A DNA stretch of 64,000 nt from the human T2T-CHM13v2.0 reference genome, Homo sapiens. The DNA is taken from assembly GCF_009914755.1 (NCBI RefSeq), contig NC_060927.1; one strand, 5' to 3'. Below, piece after piece: positions 1-14,065 of this stretch (position 1 is the stretch's first letter; the number at the start of each line of letters is the position of its first letter). The notes beneath the pieces are model-generated. The model searched no databases. It had not been told where the DNA came from and saw nothing but the letters and a program-made list of their open reading frames with translations. The translations under genes were made by a program, and so were the position numbers.

Positions 1-199
1 CATTCAAGGGCTTCCAAAACACAGCCTCAATGTCTATTACTTGCCACAGAAACTATTTGCTTCTTCTTTGCCTCTGTGGTTTGGTTCCTACCTCTAATGC
101 CTTCCCCATCAACCATCCGTCCTCATGTCAAACTTCAAATCCTGCTTCTCATTCCATATTCAACCCATTTGTTACCCTGTATTCCCTGTTAACTTATAG

Positions 200-1500
200 T
201 TTTGGATGCTTAACTTGATTTAGTTTCAATTATTTAGGTAAAGATCCTCGATAGGTGGTAATACCTAGTTTCCTTCGTATCATATCAGAAGGCATATGAT
301 GTTTGATTGTCCCACTTTTAGTGACAACTAGATTTGGGGTTTGAGATGCTGTCAGACCGATCATTCCATCATGAAGATTTCCATTAACCTTTTAACTAAC
401 AGTTTAGCATACACTGATGACTTCCATTGATAATTCAGTGGTTGAAATATGCCATTTTCTAATTCCATCATTCTTTCTGCACGTATTAAAGGAGATTCTT
501 CCATAAAGAAGAGCATGCACAAGTTAATTACTTGGTTACCTGAAACACAGCTTGCATAGGAACAGGAAATGGATGTTTGGTTCTTCCTCTATTAATTTTT
601 AGAGTAAAGAGATTGGATCTAGAGAGCCCCAAATGGAGACCAAGGAGTATTTTTTTCTTGAGATTCTTACTAAACAAATGGAATCTTATATATTTTGTGT
701 GTTATATGATTTGCAGTAATTATTATTGTTGATGCTCAGTTGTCCTATTGTAGGCCAATGGGAGGGAGCCCTTCCCATTTGGTTTCTGTTTTTTTGTTCT
801 ATGAGATCACTGGTCTAGATAAATTCCTTATTTCCTATTACAATAAGATGTCCCAGGTTTATCTTCCCATTTTTTGCCCTAGGCCTAATTAAGATCAGCT
901 ACTTCACCAAAATTGCTAGAATATTTTAGTGGAAATCATATTTAGAAAACGTAAGAATTCTCCTTGCTACTGGGCACTTTCTGTCAATAGAGTCAGGAAA
1001 CAAAAGTTTTTTTAAGAGAAAAAAATGAATTTGTCATTCAAATTCAAGACTGAAGATTTTTATTTAATCTAGTTTACTTTATATAGGTATCTGTTTTCAA
1101 TTTTCTCATGCTGAAAATCTCCTTCCTTAAATACATCAATGTAATTACTTATTCATTTTATCTTAAACATACCTATAATAGTTTTAAAGTAACAATATAT
1201 GTACTACTAAAACTTGACACTTGAAATTTTTTAACCTGATGTGACTTTTTTCTGTGTTATTATCCAATGGTTGAGTTTATATTTGTTTTTAATTTTTTCT
1301 TTCCATTTATTTTTCTTTCTATTCATTTCTATTATTTTTTAAATAAATTTTTTAATTTATTAAATATTTTCTATTTATTTTTTCTTATATAAAACATTTA
1401 CATGGTTTCAATGTCAAAATTACAACACAAGTTTATACTGCAATCTGTCTCCTGCTTCCTTCCCTGATACGTAACCATTATATTGGAAGTTTTTAGTTAC
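200..1500 (-). mobile_element. Old L1M 3'-region fragments (boundaries approximate)
   Basis: T-rich degenerate sequence resembling antisense L1MC-type 3'UTR. Confidence 0.4.
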
Positions 1501-1535
1501 TCTGCAATTGTTTCTATTTGAAAATATAACAAATA

Positions 1536-1601
1536 ACATGTTTACCTATATAACAAACCTTCACATGTACCCTCAAACATAAAATAAAAGTTTCAAAAGA
1601 A
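1536..1601 (+). mobile_element. Extremely 5'-truncated L1PA 3' tip
   Basis: tttacctatataacaaaccttcacatgtaccc...aaataaaagtt plus A-tail, between perfect 16-bp TSDs gaaaatataacaaata (1520-1535 and 1602-1617). Confidence 0.85.
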
Positions 1602-1619
1602 GAAAATATAACAAATACA

Positions 1620-1800
1620 TGTGAGATGTGTGTGTATGCATGTATCTGCATGTTATTATGTATGTATACACATGTGTACACATATATATGTATATATACA
1701 CTTGTGTAGACATATATATGTATATATACACATGTGTAGACATATATGTATATATACACACATGCAGATACATACATACATATACACGTATTTTTGTATG
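1620..1800. repeat. TA/CA/TG-rich tandem repeat with 30-bp period
   Basis: Unit close to tatgtatatatacacatgtgtagacatata, repeated about three times. Confidence 0.9.
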
Positions 1801-1972
1801 TTCTTGTTTCCATATTTCCTCCTCTTTTATATAAAGGATAGCATAATCTTAATACTATTCTGCCCCTTGTCTTTTTTCAACTAATAGCATATCCCAGCAA
1901 TCACTTCATATAAGTATGTAGAGATCAGCCTCCTTCATTTTTACAGCTGCATGATACCCCGTTCTGCGATCA

Positions 1973-2702
1973 TGTTACAGCCCAGTGGATTCTTCTTGCT
2001 CACTTTCCAGAAAAGCCAATGCAATGACACTAGCAAGAGTGTTGCAGCAGAGAAAAGTGTTCATTTATTGCAGGGCTAGCCAAGCAGAAGGGTGGAAAAT
2101 GTTTCTGAAACCTGCCTCTCTAAGAATTCAGAGGCTAGGGTTTTTCAAGGATAGTTTGGCAGGCAAAGAGCTAGGGAACGAGGACTACTGTGATTGGTTG
2201 GGCTAGGGAATAAAATCACAGGGGGTCAACATTGTCTTCTTCTCTGAGTCAGTTCCTGGGTGGGGAAAACAGGACTGGTTGAGTCAGTTTCTTGGTATGT
2301 GTTACTTGTCAGGGTGTACCAGCTGGTCCATCAGAATGCAAGGTCTGAAAAATACCTCAAACATGAGTCCTAGATTTTACCATAATGATATTATCTATAG
2401 GAACAACTGGGGAGGTTACAAATCTTGGGACCTCCAGCTACATGACTGCTTAACTGTAATTCTAACCTTGTAGCCAATTTGTTAGTTTCACAAACGTGGT
2501 GTTTGTCCCCAAGCAAGGCAAGGGTTATTTTCAGAAGGGACTATTATCATATTTTAAGGTTAAAATATAAACTAAATTCTTCTAATAGTTAGCTTGGCCT
2601 ATGCCCAGGAATGAGTAAAGACAGCTTTTGAGATTAGAAGCAAGATGGAGTCAGCTACGTCAGATTTCTCACATTGTCATAATTTTTGCAAAGGTAGTTT
2701 CA
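1973..2702 (-). mobile_element. Solo ERV1 LTR, LTR8 family
   Basis: Minus strand begins TGAAACTACCTTTGCAAAAATTATGAC...GACTCCATCTTGCTTC. TG..CA termini. 4-bp TSD atca/atta. Confidence 0.8.
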
Positions 2703-2747
2703 ATTACACCATGACTGAGTTAATCAGTTCCCTATTGGTTGTTTTGG

Positions 2748-4457
2748 TTGTTTCTTAAAAAAGAAAATAACTTTTATCTGAGAAATGCAGGTCCTTTTAA
2801 ATTATCAGGCCCAGAGAGACATGAAAATGAGTCAGCAATCATGTCCTATTACCTTATTGAACCATGTATCCATCTCTTGAAACAGCTTGCTATTGCCACA
2901 ACTTAATAATGCCATACCAGAGACTATACCACACACCCTATAACCTAATAATATATGTAGTCAATCACTAAGCGATGTTATTTCTCTAAACCAATAAGAA
3001 TTCCTAACAAACAACTTTGTATCAACCCATTTTCTCTCTCTTTGTTTTTAACTTTTAAAAGCTTGGTTGTAACGAAGGAGAAATAAAGTTCATATCCAAG
3101 ATTATCGGCTCTGAGTTTTCTGGGCAGCTGTCTTTGCTTTGGCTTAAGTAAACTCTTTGAATTATATTTTGTGCCTCAGCCTTTTTCTTTTAGGTCAATG
3201 TGGGGCCCATAGGCTCTGGCTCTCCTAAAGGTTTGCTGAGAAATCATTGAAGCAAGGCAGATTGATTAACAGGAAAAAAGCCATACATATTTATTTAATG
3301 TTCATACATGGGAGGCTTTATTCTGAAGACCCAACTTCCCAATGAGGCACAGAAGCCTCTATACAACCTTGAGTTTATAGAAAGAATGGGGACCTGGATC
3401 CTGATAAAGTGTGTTGTGGGACAGGAAGAAGAAGAATTCTATGGAAGGTTAATAAATTGCTAGGGAGAAAGATTGGATCCAGGAACAGACATGAACTTGT
3501 AAGTAGTTTTCTTTAGAATTTAAATAACCCTCGGAGACAGTCAGATGCTCATAAAAGAATCTACACAGGCGTGGTCACATCTTGCTTTTTTCTGCAATAG
3601 ACAATTAGATAATAGGGAGGGGAAGAAAAAACAGTTGTTCTCCTTGGTGAGTCTGGATCTTACACAGATAAAGGAACTTCAGCTTCTTTCAGAGAAATGG
3701 TGGGGGACTGGAGGAAGGTTATAGAGACTTTGGGGTTTCTTCAGTTCAGCATGTCAAAATGTTACTGGTGACAGGTATCCGAGTTACCAGCTGTGGATCT
3801 GCATGAGTCTGCAGCAACCTCAGTTCTTGTCTCCTGAGAAGAAAGAATTCGACTGAAGAAAAAGAGACCATGGCAAGTTTCAGATGAGGAGTGGAGATGT
3901 ATTTTAAAAGGCTTTAGAACAGGAAAGAAAGGAAAAGAACATACTCTTGGAAGAGACCCAAGGGGGCAACTTGAAGAACAAGTGCAATGTTTAACCTTGA
4001 TCCTAGCACTTTATAGGCTGGCCCCTTTCCTATGATTCTTCCCTTAGGGTGGGCTGCAAGCATGCACAGTGCCCTCTTACAACTGGGAAGTGAGTACCTG
4101 CAGCATGTCTAGGAAATGGTACACCTGCCCATCTGAGGCTTTCTTCCCTTTTCCAGTGGGGTGTCCCCAGAAGGTCATACTCCACCATTTTGTCTCTTAA
4201 TGCACATGGTCAGGAAGTTGCTTCTCCCTGGCATCTGCAATCGATTAACATTTTACTGCAGCAGGCGTGGACCACCAGGAAATGGCCTCTCCATGGTGCT
4301 GGCTGCCAATTTATCACTTTTAGAAAGGCAATGTGATCATTGCTAAACCATCACCTGACATTGCTAGTGAGTTGGGGAGATGCCTCTCCTGCCCCGTTCA
4401 TGCCTGCCTACCTGAAAAAAACCACCATATTGTGGAGTATTGGTTTCTGAGCCCCAA
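2748..4457. mobile_element. Nested cluster of ERV1/MER4-group LTRs (about 2748-3200; about 3200-3760 plus 4415-4457 split by an LTR9-like LTR at about 3760-4414)
   Basis: LTR-like sequence. The element ending ...cagcatgtcaaa resumes as ccaccatattgtggagtattggtttctgagccccaac after an insert beginning tgttactggtgacaggtatccgagttacc. Confidence 0.6.
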
Positions 4458-4591
4458 CCTGACATGTCCAATTTTTTGATATTACAAATAGAGCTTCAAT
4501 GAATAGTCTTGTGCACACTTCAAGTCTTTTTTTTAACCAGTGTATATTTGAGATATATACCTAAAGTGAAATTGTTGTGTCAAAGGGTAAA

Positions 4592-4893
<302 letters not shown>

Positions 4894-5089
4894 TTACCAA
4901 GCACTACATCACAGAGTTGTATCACTTTTTATTCTCAACAGTGTAGGGGAAGAAAAATTAATTTTTTCCCTGCCTTTTCTGCAATCTTGTTTGGAAGTTA
5001 TCCCTATAGCAAAAGTCAGATTAACAAGAGAAAAAGAAACAGAAATGTATTAACATGCTTACCTCATGAGTGCATGAAAGATACCCAAG

Positions 5090-5128
5090 TGTATTAGTTA
5101 GGGTTCTCTAGAAGGACAGAACTATAGG

Positions 5129-5172
<44 letters not shown>

Positions 5173-5576
5173 ATAAAGGGGGGTTTATTGAGTATGAACT
5201 CACACTATCACAAGGCCCCACAATAGGCCATCTGCAAGCTAAGGAGCAAAGAAAGACAGTCCAAGTCCCAAAACTGAAGAACTTGGAGTCCAATGTTCGA
5301 GGGCAGGAAGGGTCCAGCACGGGAGAAAGATGTAGGCTGGGAGGCTAGGCCAGTCTATTCTTTTCACATTTTTTCTGCCTGCTTTATATTCTAGCCACGC
5401 TGGCAGCTGATGAGATGGTGCACACCCAGATTAAGGGTGGGTCTGCCTTTCCCAGCCCACTGACTCAAATGTTAAAAAACGTTAATCTCCTTTGGCAACA
5501 CCCTCACAGACACACCCAGGGTCAGTACTTTGCATCCTTCAATCCATTCAAGCTGACACTCAGTATTAACTGTCAC
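5090..5576 (-). mobile_element. 3' LTR, MLT2A1-type
   Basis: tgtattagttagggttctc...cagtattaactgtcaca, with internal (CA)n at 5133-5170. Minus-strand AATAAA at 5184-5189. Adjacent PPT (minus ggggtggact, 5577-5588). Confidence 0.92.
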
Positions 5577-5987
5577 AAGTCCACCCCTTGTCAGCTTGAA
5601 CCCATAAACATCTCCTGAGATCGTGCATAATCTTCAAATAAAGACAATAATAAGGTCATAATTATGACCATAATACAACTATCCTTCATACAACTGGAAA
5701 TCCACCAATCCCCAACCCAAATGCTATTACATAAAGTTACCAATACTTAAATGCTGATATGAAGTCGATAAATCATGTCATATGATAAAGGAAAAAGGAA
5801 ATAAAATGAAGATATTTTCTTAGTACAAGTGTATACATGCACAGACATGTTTTTAACAAAAGAAGGAGGAAATACTCATGACAATTACAGTCCTCATTTC
5901 TGCAGCTGGTCCTGTGGTCATAGCTGGTATTGATGACAACTTTCTTCTACCACCCATTCTGTATTCCCTTTGCCTTCAGCAAGAACC

Positions 5988-8300
5988 TCAGCAGGTTGTG
6001 GTTTTTTTCCCTGGTAGAGTGACACAAACCTTCATTCCTGAAGGGTCTGGGCCATTTGTAGTCCTGCCTGGATTGGGCTGTTGTAGTTTTCCATTGACCT
6101 TAATCACAGGGCATGATAATACTAAGAGACGCCCTAATGTGTCTCCTGGTGGCAGCATTCCTCCCTCTGGAACTGAGACCTCTAGGCCAGCAGAATGTAA
6201 TGTTGTGGGAACAGGAAGCAAAAATTTTGCAAGTGGAACACTGTGGGTGATGGTGAGTGGGGTCACTCCCACTTCCACCCCTTGATTCCTGGACCCGTGA
6301 ATCCTGGCTATGGGAGAAACTGTACCATATGTTGGATGCTGATTGAGAGCATACACAGCCTTCTGGAGAACTTTGCCCCATCCCTGCAAAGTACTTGTCA
6401 CCTAGTTGGAATCGTAATTGTGACTTCAAAGGGCCATTCCGTGGTTCTATGAATCCAGCTGCTTCTGGATAATGAGGAACATGGTAAGACCAGTGAATTC
6501 CATGAGCATGAGCCCACTGCTGCACTTCTTTAACTTTAAAGTGATTGCCTTGGTCAGAGGCAAGGCTGTATGGAATACCATGATGGTGGATAAGGCATTC
6601 CATGAGCCCACGGATGGTAGTCTTGGCAGAAGCACTGCATGCAGGATAGGCAAACCCATATCCAGAGTAAGTGTCTAGTCCAGTGAGGACAAACCTCTGC
6701 CTTTTGCATGATGGAAGAGGTCCAATATAATCAACCTGCCACCAGGTAGCTGGCTGATCACCCCGAGGAATGGTGCCATATGGAGGGCTCAGTGATGGTC
6801 TCTGCTGCTAGTGAATTGAGCCCTCAGCAGTGGCTGTAGCCAGGCCAGCCTTGGTGAGTGGAAGTCAGGCCAAGAGCTGTCTTTCAAAAGGAGAGTAGTT
6901 ATCTGCGGAAGATGGTAGGGCCTTGCTCCAAAATACTAGAGGCCTCCACTGTGATTCACCTATGGGGGCCTGCCAGAGGCTGCAAACAGCATCCCTCTCT
7001 GCCACTGACACCTCGAGCAACATTGGATCTGCTGGGTCATATGACCCAAGTGGCAGAGCAGCTGTCACAGCAGCCTGGACCTATTGCAGAGCCTTCTCTG
7101 GTTCTGGAACCCACTCAAAACTGGCAGCCTTTTGTGTCACTTGATAAATGGGCCAGAGTAACACATCCAAATGGGGAATGTGTTGCCTGCAAAATCCAAA
7201 TAGGCCCACTAGACATTGTGCCTCTTTCTTAGTTATAGGAGGAGCCAAATACAGCAACTTATCCTTCTCCTTAGAAAGAATATCTCAATGGGCCCCACAC
7301 CACTGGACCTCTAGAAATTTTACTGAAGTAGATGTTCCCTGAATTCTAGTCAGATTTATTTCCCATCCTCTGGCATGGAAATATCTCAGCAATAAGTCCA
7401 GTGTGTTTGCTACTTCTTGCTCACTGGATCCAATCAGCATAATGTCATCAATGTAATGGACCAGTGTGATATCTTGTGGAAGTAAAAAGCGGTCAAGGTC
7501 TCCTTGAATAAGATTATGACACAAAGCCAGAGATTTGATATAACCCAAGGCAGGACAGTAAAGGTGTATTGCTGGCCTTGCCAGCTGAAGGAAAATTGCT
7601 TCTGGTGTGCCTTATGGACAGGAATGGAGAAAAAGGCATTTTCCAAGGCAGTGGCTGCACATCAGGTACAGGAGAATGTGTTAATTTGCTCAAGCAATGA
7701 AACCACATCTGTTACAGCAGCTGCAAGTGAAGTCACCACTTGGTTAAGCTTTCCATAATCCACTGTCATTCTCCAAGATCCATCTGTCTTCTGCACAGCC
7801 CGAATGGGAAAGTTGAACAGGGATGTGGTGGGAATCACCACCCCTGTGTCTCTTAAGTCCTTGATGGTGGCACTAATCTCTGCAATCCCTCCAGGGATGC
7901 AATATTGTTTTTGATTTACTATTTTTCTAGGTAGAGGCAGCTCTAATGGCTTCCATTTGGCCTTTCCCACCATACTAGCTCTCACCCTACAAGTCAGGGA
8001 GCCAATGTGGGGGTTCTGCCAGCTGCTAAATATGTCTGTGCCAATTATGCATTCTGGCATTGAGGAAACGACCACAGGATGCGTCCAGGGACCAACTGGA
8101 CCTACGGAAGTCGGACCTGAGTGAAAACTCCATTAATTACCTGACCTCCATAAGCCCCTCCTTTAACTGGAGGACCACAATGACATTTTGGGTCCTCTGA
8201 AATCAACGTCAGTTCAGAGGCAGTGTCCAGTTGTCCCCAAGATATCTGATCATTTCCCTTTCCTCAGTGCAGTTACACTAGTAAAAGGTCAGAGATCTCC
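5988..8300 (-). pseudogene. HERV-L pro/pol (protease, RT, integrase) and dUTPase remnant
   Basis: Protease motif LDTASEL at about 8208-8232. [14 protein letters not shown] and HYIDDIML in ORFs 7662-8075 and 7285-7548. Integrase ASDQGNHF...HYPEAAG in 6100-6603. dUTPase SAGLEV...LPPGD in 5988-6401. Multiple frame breaks. Confidence 0.92.
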
Positions 8301-8451
8301 TTGGGGAAGGATGGGAGAAAGAGTAACAGCATCAATTGTCAGTAGTGTAGTAGGTCCTTCCTCAAGGGGACCTGGCCTCCCCTTCATTCAAGGGGTTCTG
8401 GGTTTGTAAACTGGGTCAAGTCTGGAAATTGATTGAGGGGTTGTTATTCTG

Positions 8452-8775
8452 TTTTTTTGCTGCTGTTGTTTGTTTTTTGTTTTTTTTTTTTTTGAGACGG
8501 ACTCTCGCTCTGTCGCCCAGGCTGGAGTGCAGTGGTGCGATCTCGGCTCACTGCAAGCTCCGCCTCCCGAATTCATGCAATTCTCCTGCCCCAGCTTCCT
8601 GAGTAGCTGGGACTACAGGTGCCTGCCACTATGCCTGGCTCATTTTTTTGTATTTTTAGTAGAGACAGGGTTTCACCGTGTTAGCCAGGATTGTCTCGAT
8701 CTCCTGACCTTGTGATCCACCCTCCTTGGCCTCCCAAAGTGCTGGGATTACAGGCGTGAGCCACCGCACCCAGCC
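8452..8775 (-). mobile_element. Alu (AluY/Sc-like) inserted in the HERV-L internal region
   Basis: Full dimer with ctgcaagctccgcc and gtgttagccagg diagnostics. TSD attctgttttt. Confidence 0.93.
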
Positions 8776-8799
8776 ATTCTGTTTTTATTTATTTATTCT

Positions 8800-10400
8800 G
8801 TTTCAAATTATTATTCTATCCATTTGCCCTAGAAGTTTTCTGCTTATATAAATTAAGTAGGAATGCAGTAGGCTTCCTAGGAACACCTTGATTAATTAGC
8901 CAATGCCAGAGCTCTACATGAATCAGACTACTCTGATTGCTGCTTTGCCTGTGCTGTCCATTATGGTAGCTACACTCACCTTGCCTTTGACAGTTGAGTG
9001 CTGCCACTTGGCCACTGCCACCTCAGGATCCAACTATTCCCATTGTATTTAAATTTTTTAGCTGAGCCACTATGGTTCCAACTGTTAGATCTGACATTCA
9101 GAGAAGAGCAATTACAAGGCTCTTCAAAGACGCAGGTGCTGCCCTCACAAATCTATTTTGCAAGGCATTGGTCAAGGGTATAGCTTCTGGACCCTCCCAG
9201 CTGGGATGAGTAGGTCTAAAGTGACTAATCCAGTTCACCATCCCAATATCCCTAAGGCTTTTGATCCCTTCCTATACATTAAATCAAGGGAAATCAGGCA
9301 TTTCCAGCTTGCTCATAGTGGTCCATTTTTTAATCCATATTTCAGCTAACCAAACAAATGAACTGTTAGAACCTTTTTTAACTCCCTGAGCTGCAACATT
9401 AAATGCAGAGTCCCTACTTAGCGGTTCCAAATCAATAAATTCAGCCTGATTCAACTCTATGTTCCTTCCACCATTATCCCACACCCTTAATATCCATTCC
9501 CATGCCGGTTCTCCATATTTCTGTTTATATAAATTAGAAAACTCAAGCAGTTCTTTTTGAGTGTAGCACACCTCCTCATGGATCACACTCTCAACCTCAC
9601 CTCTAGGGCCCACTGGGACTTCAATCTAGTTATAGGTTTAGAAGCAAACAGGGGTGTTGGGGGTGTCTCCTGAGGAGAGTCAACATTATTTTGCCTGGCA
9701 GTTGCCTCAGGGGAGGCCATCACTGTTGCCTTAGGCAGCACAGGGTTTATCTCCTCAGACAAAGGTGGAAAGGCTGATGGCAGCATGAGTCGGGTTGTAG
9801 AGGGGATGTTGCCACTACTGGGGATGGGGAAGCTGTTACTCCTGGCAAAAAAGTTTCACCAGAATTTACAAACTCAGAGTCCCCAGCTTCATCAGTGTCC
9901 TCCCATACATCCCCATTCCACGTTGCAGGGTCCCGTTCTTTTCCAACTGATGCCCTCACTTTAACAGTAGACACCTGGCGAGGCTGTGCATGTACCTTTG
10001 TCATTGCAAGTCAGCCACTTGCACGATAAAAGCTTGTGTCTGTTTTTCCACAATTTCAGCTGTTTCTCTACAGGAGATAAGACTGTCATTCAGGACAATC
10101 TTAGCAGATTTGAGGTTTAGTATCTGCTTCTGAAGCCAAGAGTTAGAATCCCTGAGCTTACCATTTTCTTCCATCACTTTTTCCACTGAACTGAGAAGCA
10201 ACCAGCCAGCTTAATTATGTTCCTTGGTTCTCTATATATGGACAAAGGTATTACAGATAGAGTCACTAAACTCCTTGCCTCTCAAGAGTGGTGAGTCAGG
10301 AGTGTCAAATGCATTTATTTGGCATAACTCTCTAAACAGCTAACACCAAGGACTCTCAGTGTTCTCCATACTATTAGAAGTGGAGTCTTCAGCATTTTTT
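8800..10400 (-). pseudogene. HERV-L gag remnant (stops and frameshifts)
   Basis: ORF fragments 10001-10201, 9747-10004, 9583-9786, 9284-9613 (WEWILRVWDNGGRNIEL) and 8816-9007 resemble ERV-L Gag. Confidence 0.88.
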
Positions 10401-10483
10401 AGTCTAATCACATTAAACAGCCAACTCCAGAAACCTCAAAATCAACAAAAGAACTCCATCCTTAATATTGTGTTCCTCTAGAA

Positions 10484-10498
10484 CCACTCCTGATACCA
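10484..10498 (-). other. Primer-binding site complementary to tRNA-Leu
   Basis: Minus strand TGGTATCAGGAGTGG, 5 nt inside the 5' LTR boundary. One mismatch to the tRNA-Leu(CAG) 3' end CCACUCCUGACACCA. Confidence 0.85.
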
Positions 10499-10503
10499 AA
10501 ATC

Positions 10504-11616
<1,113 letters not shown>

Positions 11617-12328
11617 CTGGGGAAAATGAGTAAATCTCAAGGAGACAATTTTTGAGCTCAGACTAAAATGTAATCATCCCCTTAAACTAATTAAAGAGGA
11701 AGGGGGAGGCTGTTTATGGGGAGGTGACCAGGAAAAGTACAGTAGGCAAGGATAAGTTTGTTATGCAGATTTAATTCTGTGCATTCTTTATTGATAAGAA
11801 ACTCTACTGAATTTTAAATCATCCTTCTCTTACTGATACAGACAAGGAGACACCCTTCCAAATGGAGATTTCTCTTATAAATCTAAATTTCCCTTACAAA
11901 AGGGTAACCTCACTTTTCAGAGCATTTCTGTCTTTGGTGTCTTTATATAATCTGCTCAAAATAATCCTTATGCCTAAAAGGCATATTTTGGAGTGTCGTA
12001 TTCTGGTCTCCTATACCAGCAATGTATGAGAGTCCTGTTTTCCCACAACCAATGAGTATGATTGGGCAGTTCTTTCTTTTTTTTTTTTTTTTTTTTTTTG
12101 CCATTCTGATGTGTGAGAAACACATCTTAATTTAGTTTTAATGTTATTTCTCTTATCTTAAGCAAAATTAAATATATTTTGCATTTCTTTTTATGTTAAT
12201 CAATTTAATAACTTTTGCTCATTTCTTCTTGAGTTGTTGGCTTTTTTCTTCTTAATTTTATATACTTTTTATATTTTCTGTATTTTGCATTAGGGTTCTC
12301 CAGAGAAACAGAAACAGAACCAATAGGA

Positions 12329-12522
12329 CATATATATGCACATATATACACACATATGTATATATATGCACATATATACACACATATGTATATATGCACA
12401 TATATACACACATATGTATATATATGCACATATATACACATATGTATGTATGTATACATAAATATGGATATATATGTATATATATGTCCTATTTGTTTTC
12501 CCATATATTATATATGTGTATG
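12329..12522. repeat. 30-bp-period TA/CA VNTR
   Basis: tatatatgcacatatatacacacatatgta repeated about four times. Confidence 0.9.
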
Positions 12523-12523
12523 T

Positions 12524-13160
12524 CTGATACAGAACAGCTGGGTTCCCAGCTTAACCGCACCCTTACGCCTGGAATCACAGCCCTAAGTGAAAACAGCTGA
12601 CCCCATTTTTCTACCCAAATGTTACCTTTTTGGCCTGCCACACCCCTAACCTGTGCCCATAAAATATTCCAGCTGGCAGAGCAACACAAGCTGCTGAACA
12701 GCGGGAATACAAGTTGTTGAATGTTGGGAATACAAGCGGCTGAGCGTCGGAGACTAGGGATGGAGCTAACTTCAGACGGTGCGACTTCAGGGAAAATCAC
12801 ATTTTCCCCCGCACCATCCCCTTTCTTACTCCCATCCCGCCGAGAATTATCACCCAATAAAATCCTCCGCATACACTCCCTTCAATCCGTTCCTGTGACC
12901 TGATTCTTCCTGGACGCCAGACAAGAATCTGGGTGTTGAAAGAGCAGGGGCCTGGACATTGCTGCGGGGCCTGCACAGAGGCAGCTCTTGCCAGAGAGGA
13001 GCAACCAGCTGGTTCCAGCGCTCATTCGCTCTGGTTCCCGCACTCACCTGCTCGCACGCTCCCTCTCACATGGAGTTGCCAGTGGCAGACTAAGTAAAAT
13101 GAGCCACTCCAGTTGCTTGCCTATGAAGAGGATCAAGGTCAAGGGAATAACCCTGTATCA
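12524..13160 (+). mobile_element. Solo ERV1 LTR (LTR1/LTR27/LTR28-like)
   Basis: Inverted termini tgatacag...ctgtatca. AATAAA at about 12856. GC-rich. 4-bp TSD tgtc/tgtt. Confidence 0.75.
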
Positions 13161-13183
13161 TGTTCACCAGAAAAGCATGTGTG

Positions 13184-13222
<39 letters not shown>

Positions 13223-13738
13223 ATGTGTACATATCTCATGTGTACATGAAAGATACTCAGGGAAAATGAGTATACATTTACAATTATGACAATTATGGTA
13301 GCTTGTAAGTTATAGGTCTAAAATTTGTAGAGCAGGTTAGCATCCTGAAGATTCAGGAAGGAATTGATGTTACAGTCTCAAGTCTAAAATTCACAGGTTG
13401 GAAACAGTCAGTGTTTCTATGCTGCAGTCTTGAGGCAGAATTGCTTCTTGTTCAGGAAACCTCAATCTTTACTCTTAGGACTTTCAAACAGTTAGATGGG
13501 CCCCAGTCACTTTATGGAAGCTAATCTGCTGCTTTACTCAGTCTATTGATTTTTAAAAAGTTAATCACATCTAAAAATTTCCTTCAAGGAAACGTAGAGA
13601 CTGGTATATGACCAAACAGCAGGGCACCATAGCCTAGACAAATTGACACACAAAATTAACCATCCCAAATTACAAGGATGTTTCCAGCAAGCTGTCAACT
13701 GTTTTTCTGACAGTGTCTAGCTCAAATTTGTATATGGT

Positions 13739-14065
<327 letters not shown>

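Larger units (their letters stand above)
12279..13667 (-). mobile_element. Older MLT2 (B/D-type) LTR, interrupted by a VNTR, an ERV1 LTR and (GT)n
   Basis: Starts ...ttagggttctccagagaaacagaa...ccaatagg and ends gacacacaaaattaaccatccca. Confidence 0.8.

Noticed and set aside
5878-10201. Possible intact or domesticated retroviral gene
   Set aside because: gag and pol are broken by many stops and frameshifts, the protease DTG reads DTA, and RNase H and the dUTPase core appear deleted. Plus-strand ORFs are antisense shadows.
12329-12450. CRISPR-like regularly spaced repeats
   Set aside because: Head-to-tail VNTR with no unique spacers, in eukaryotic DNA.
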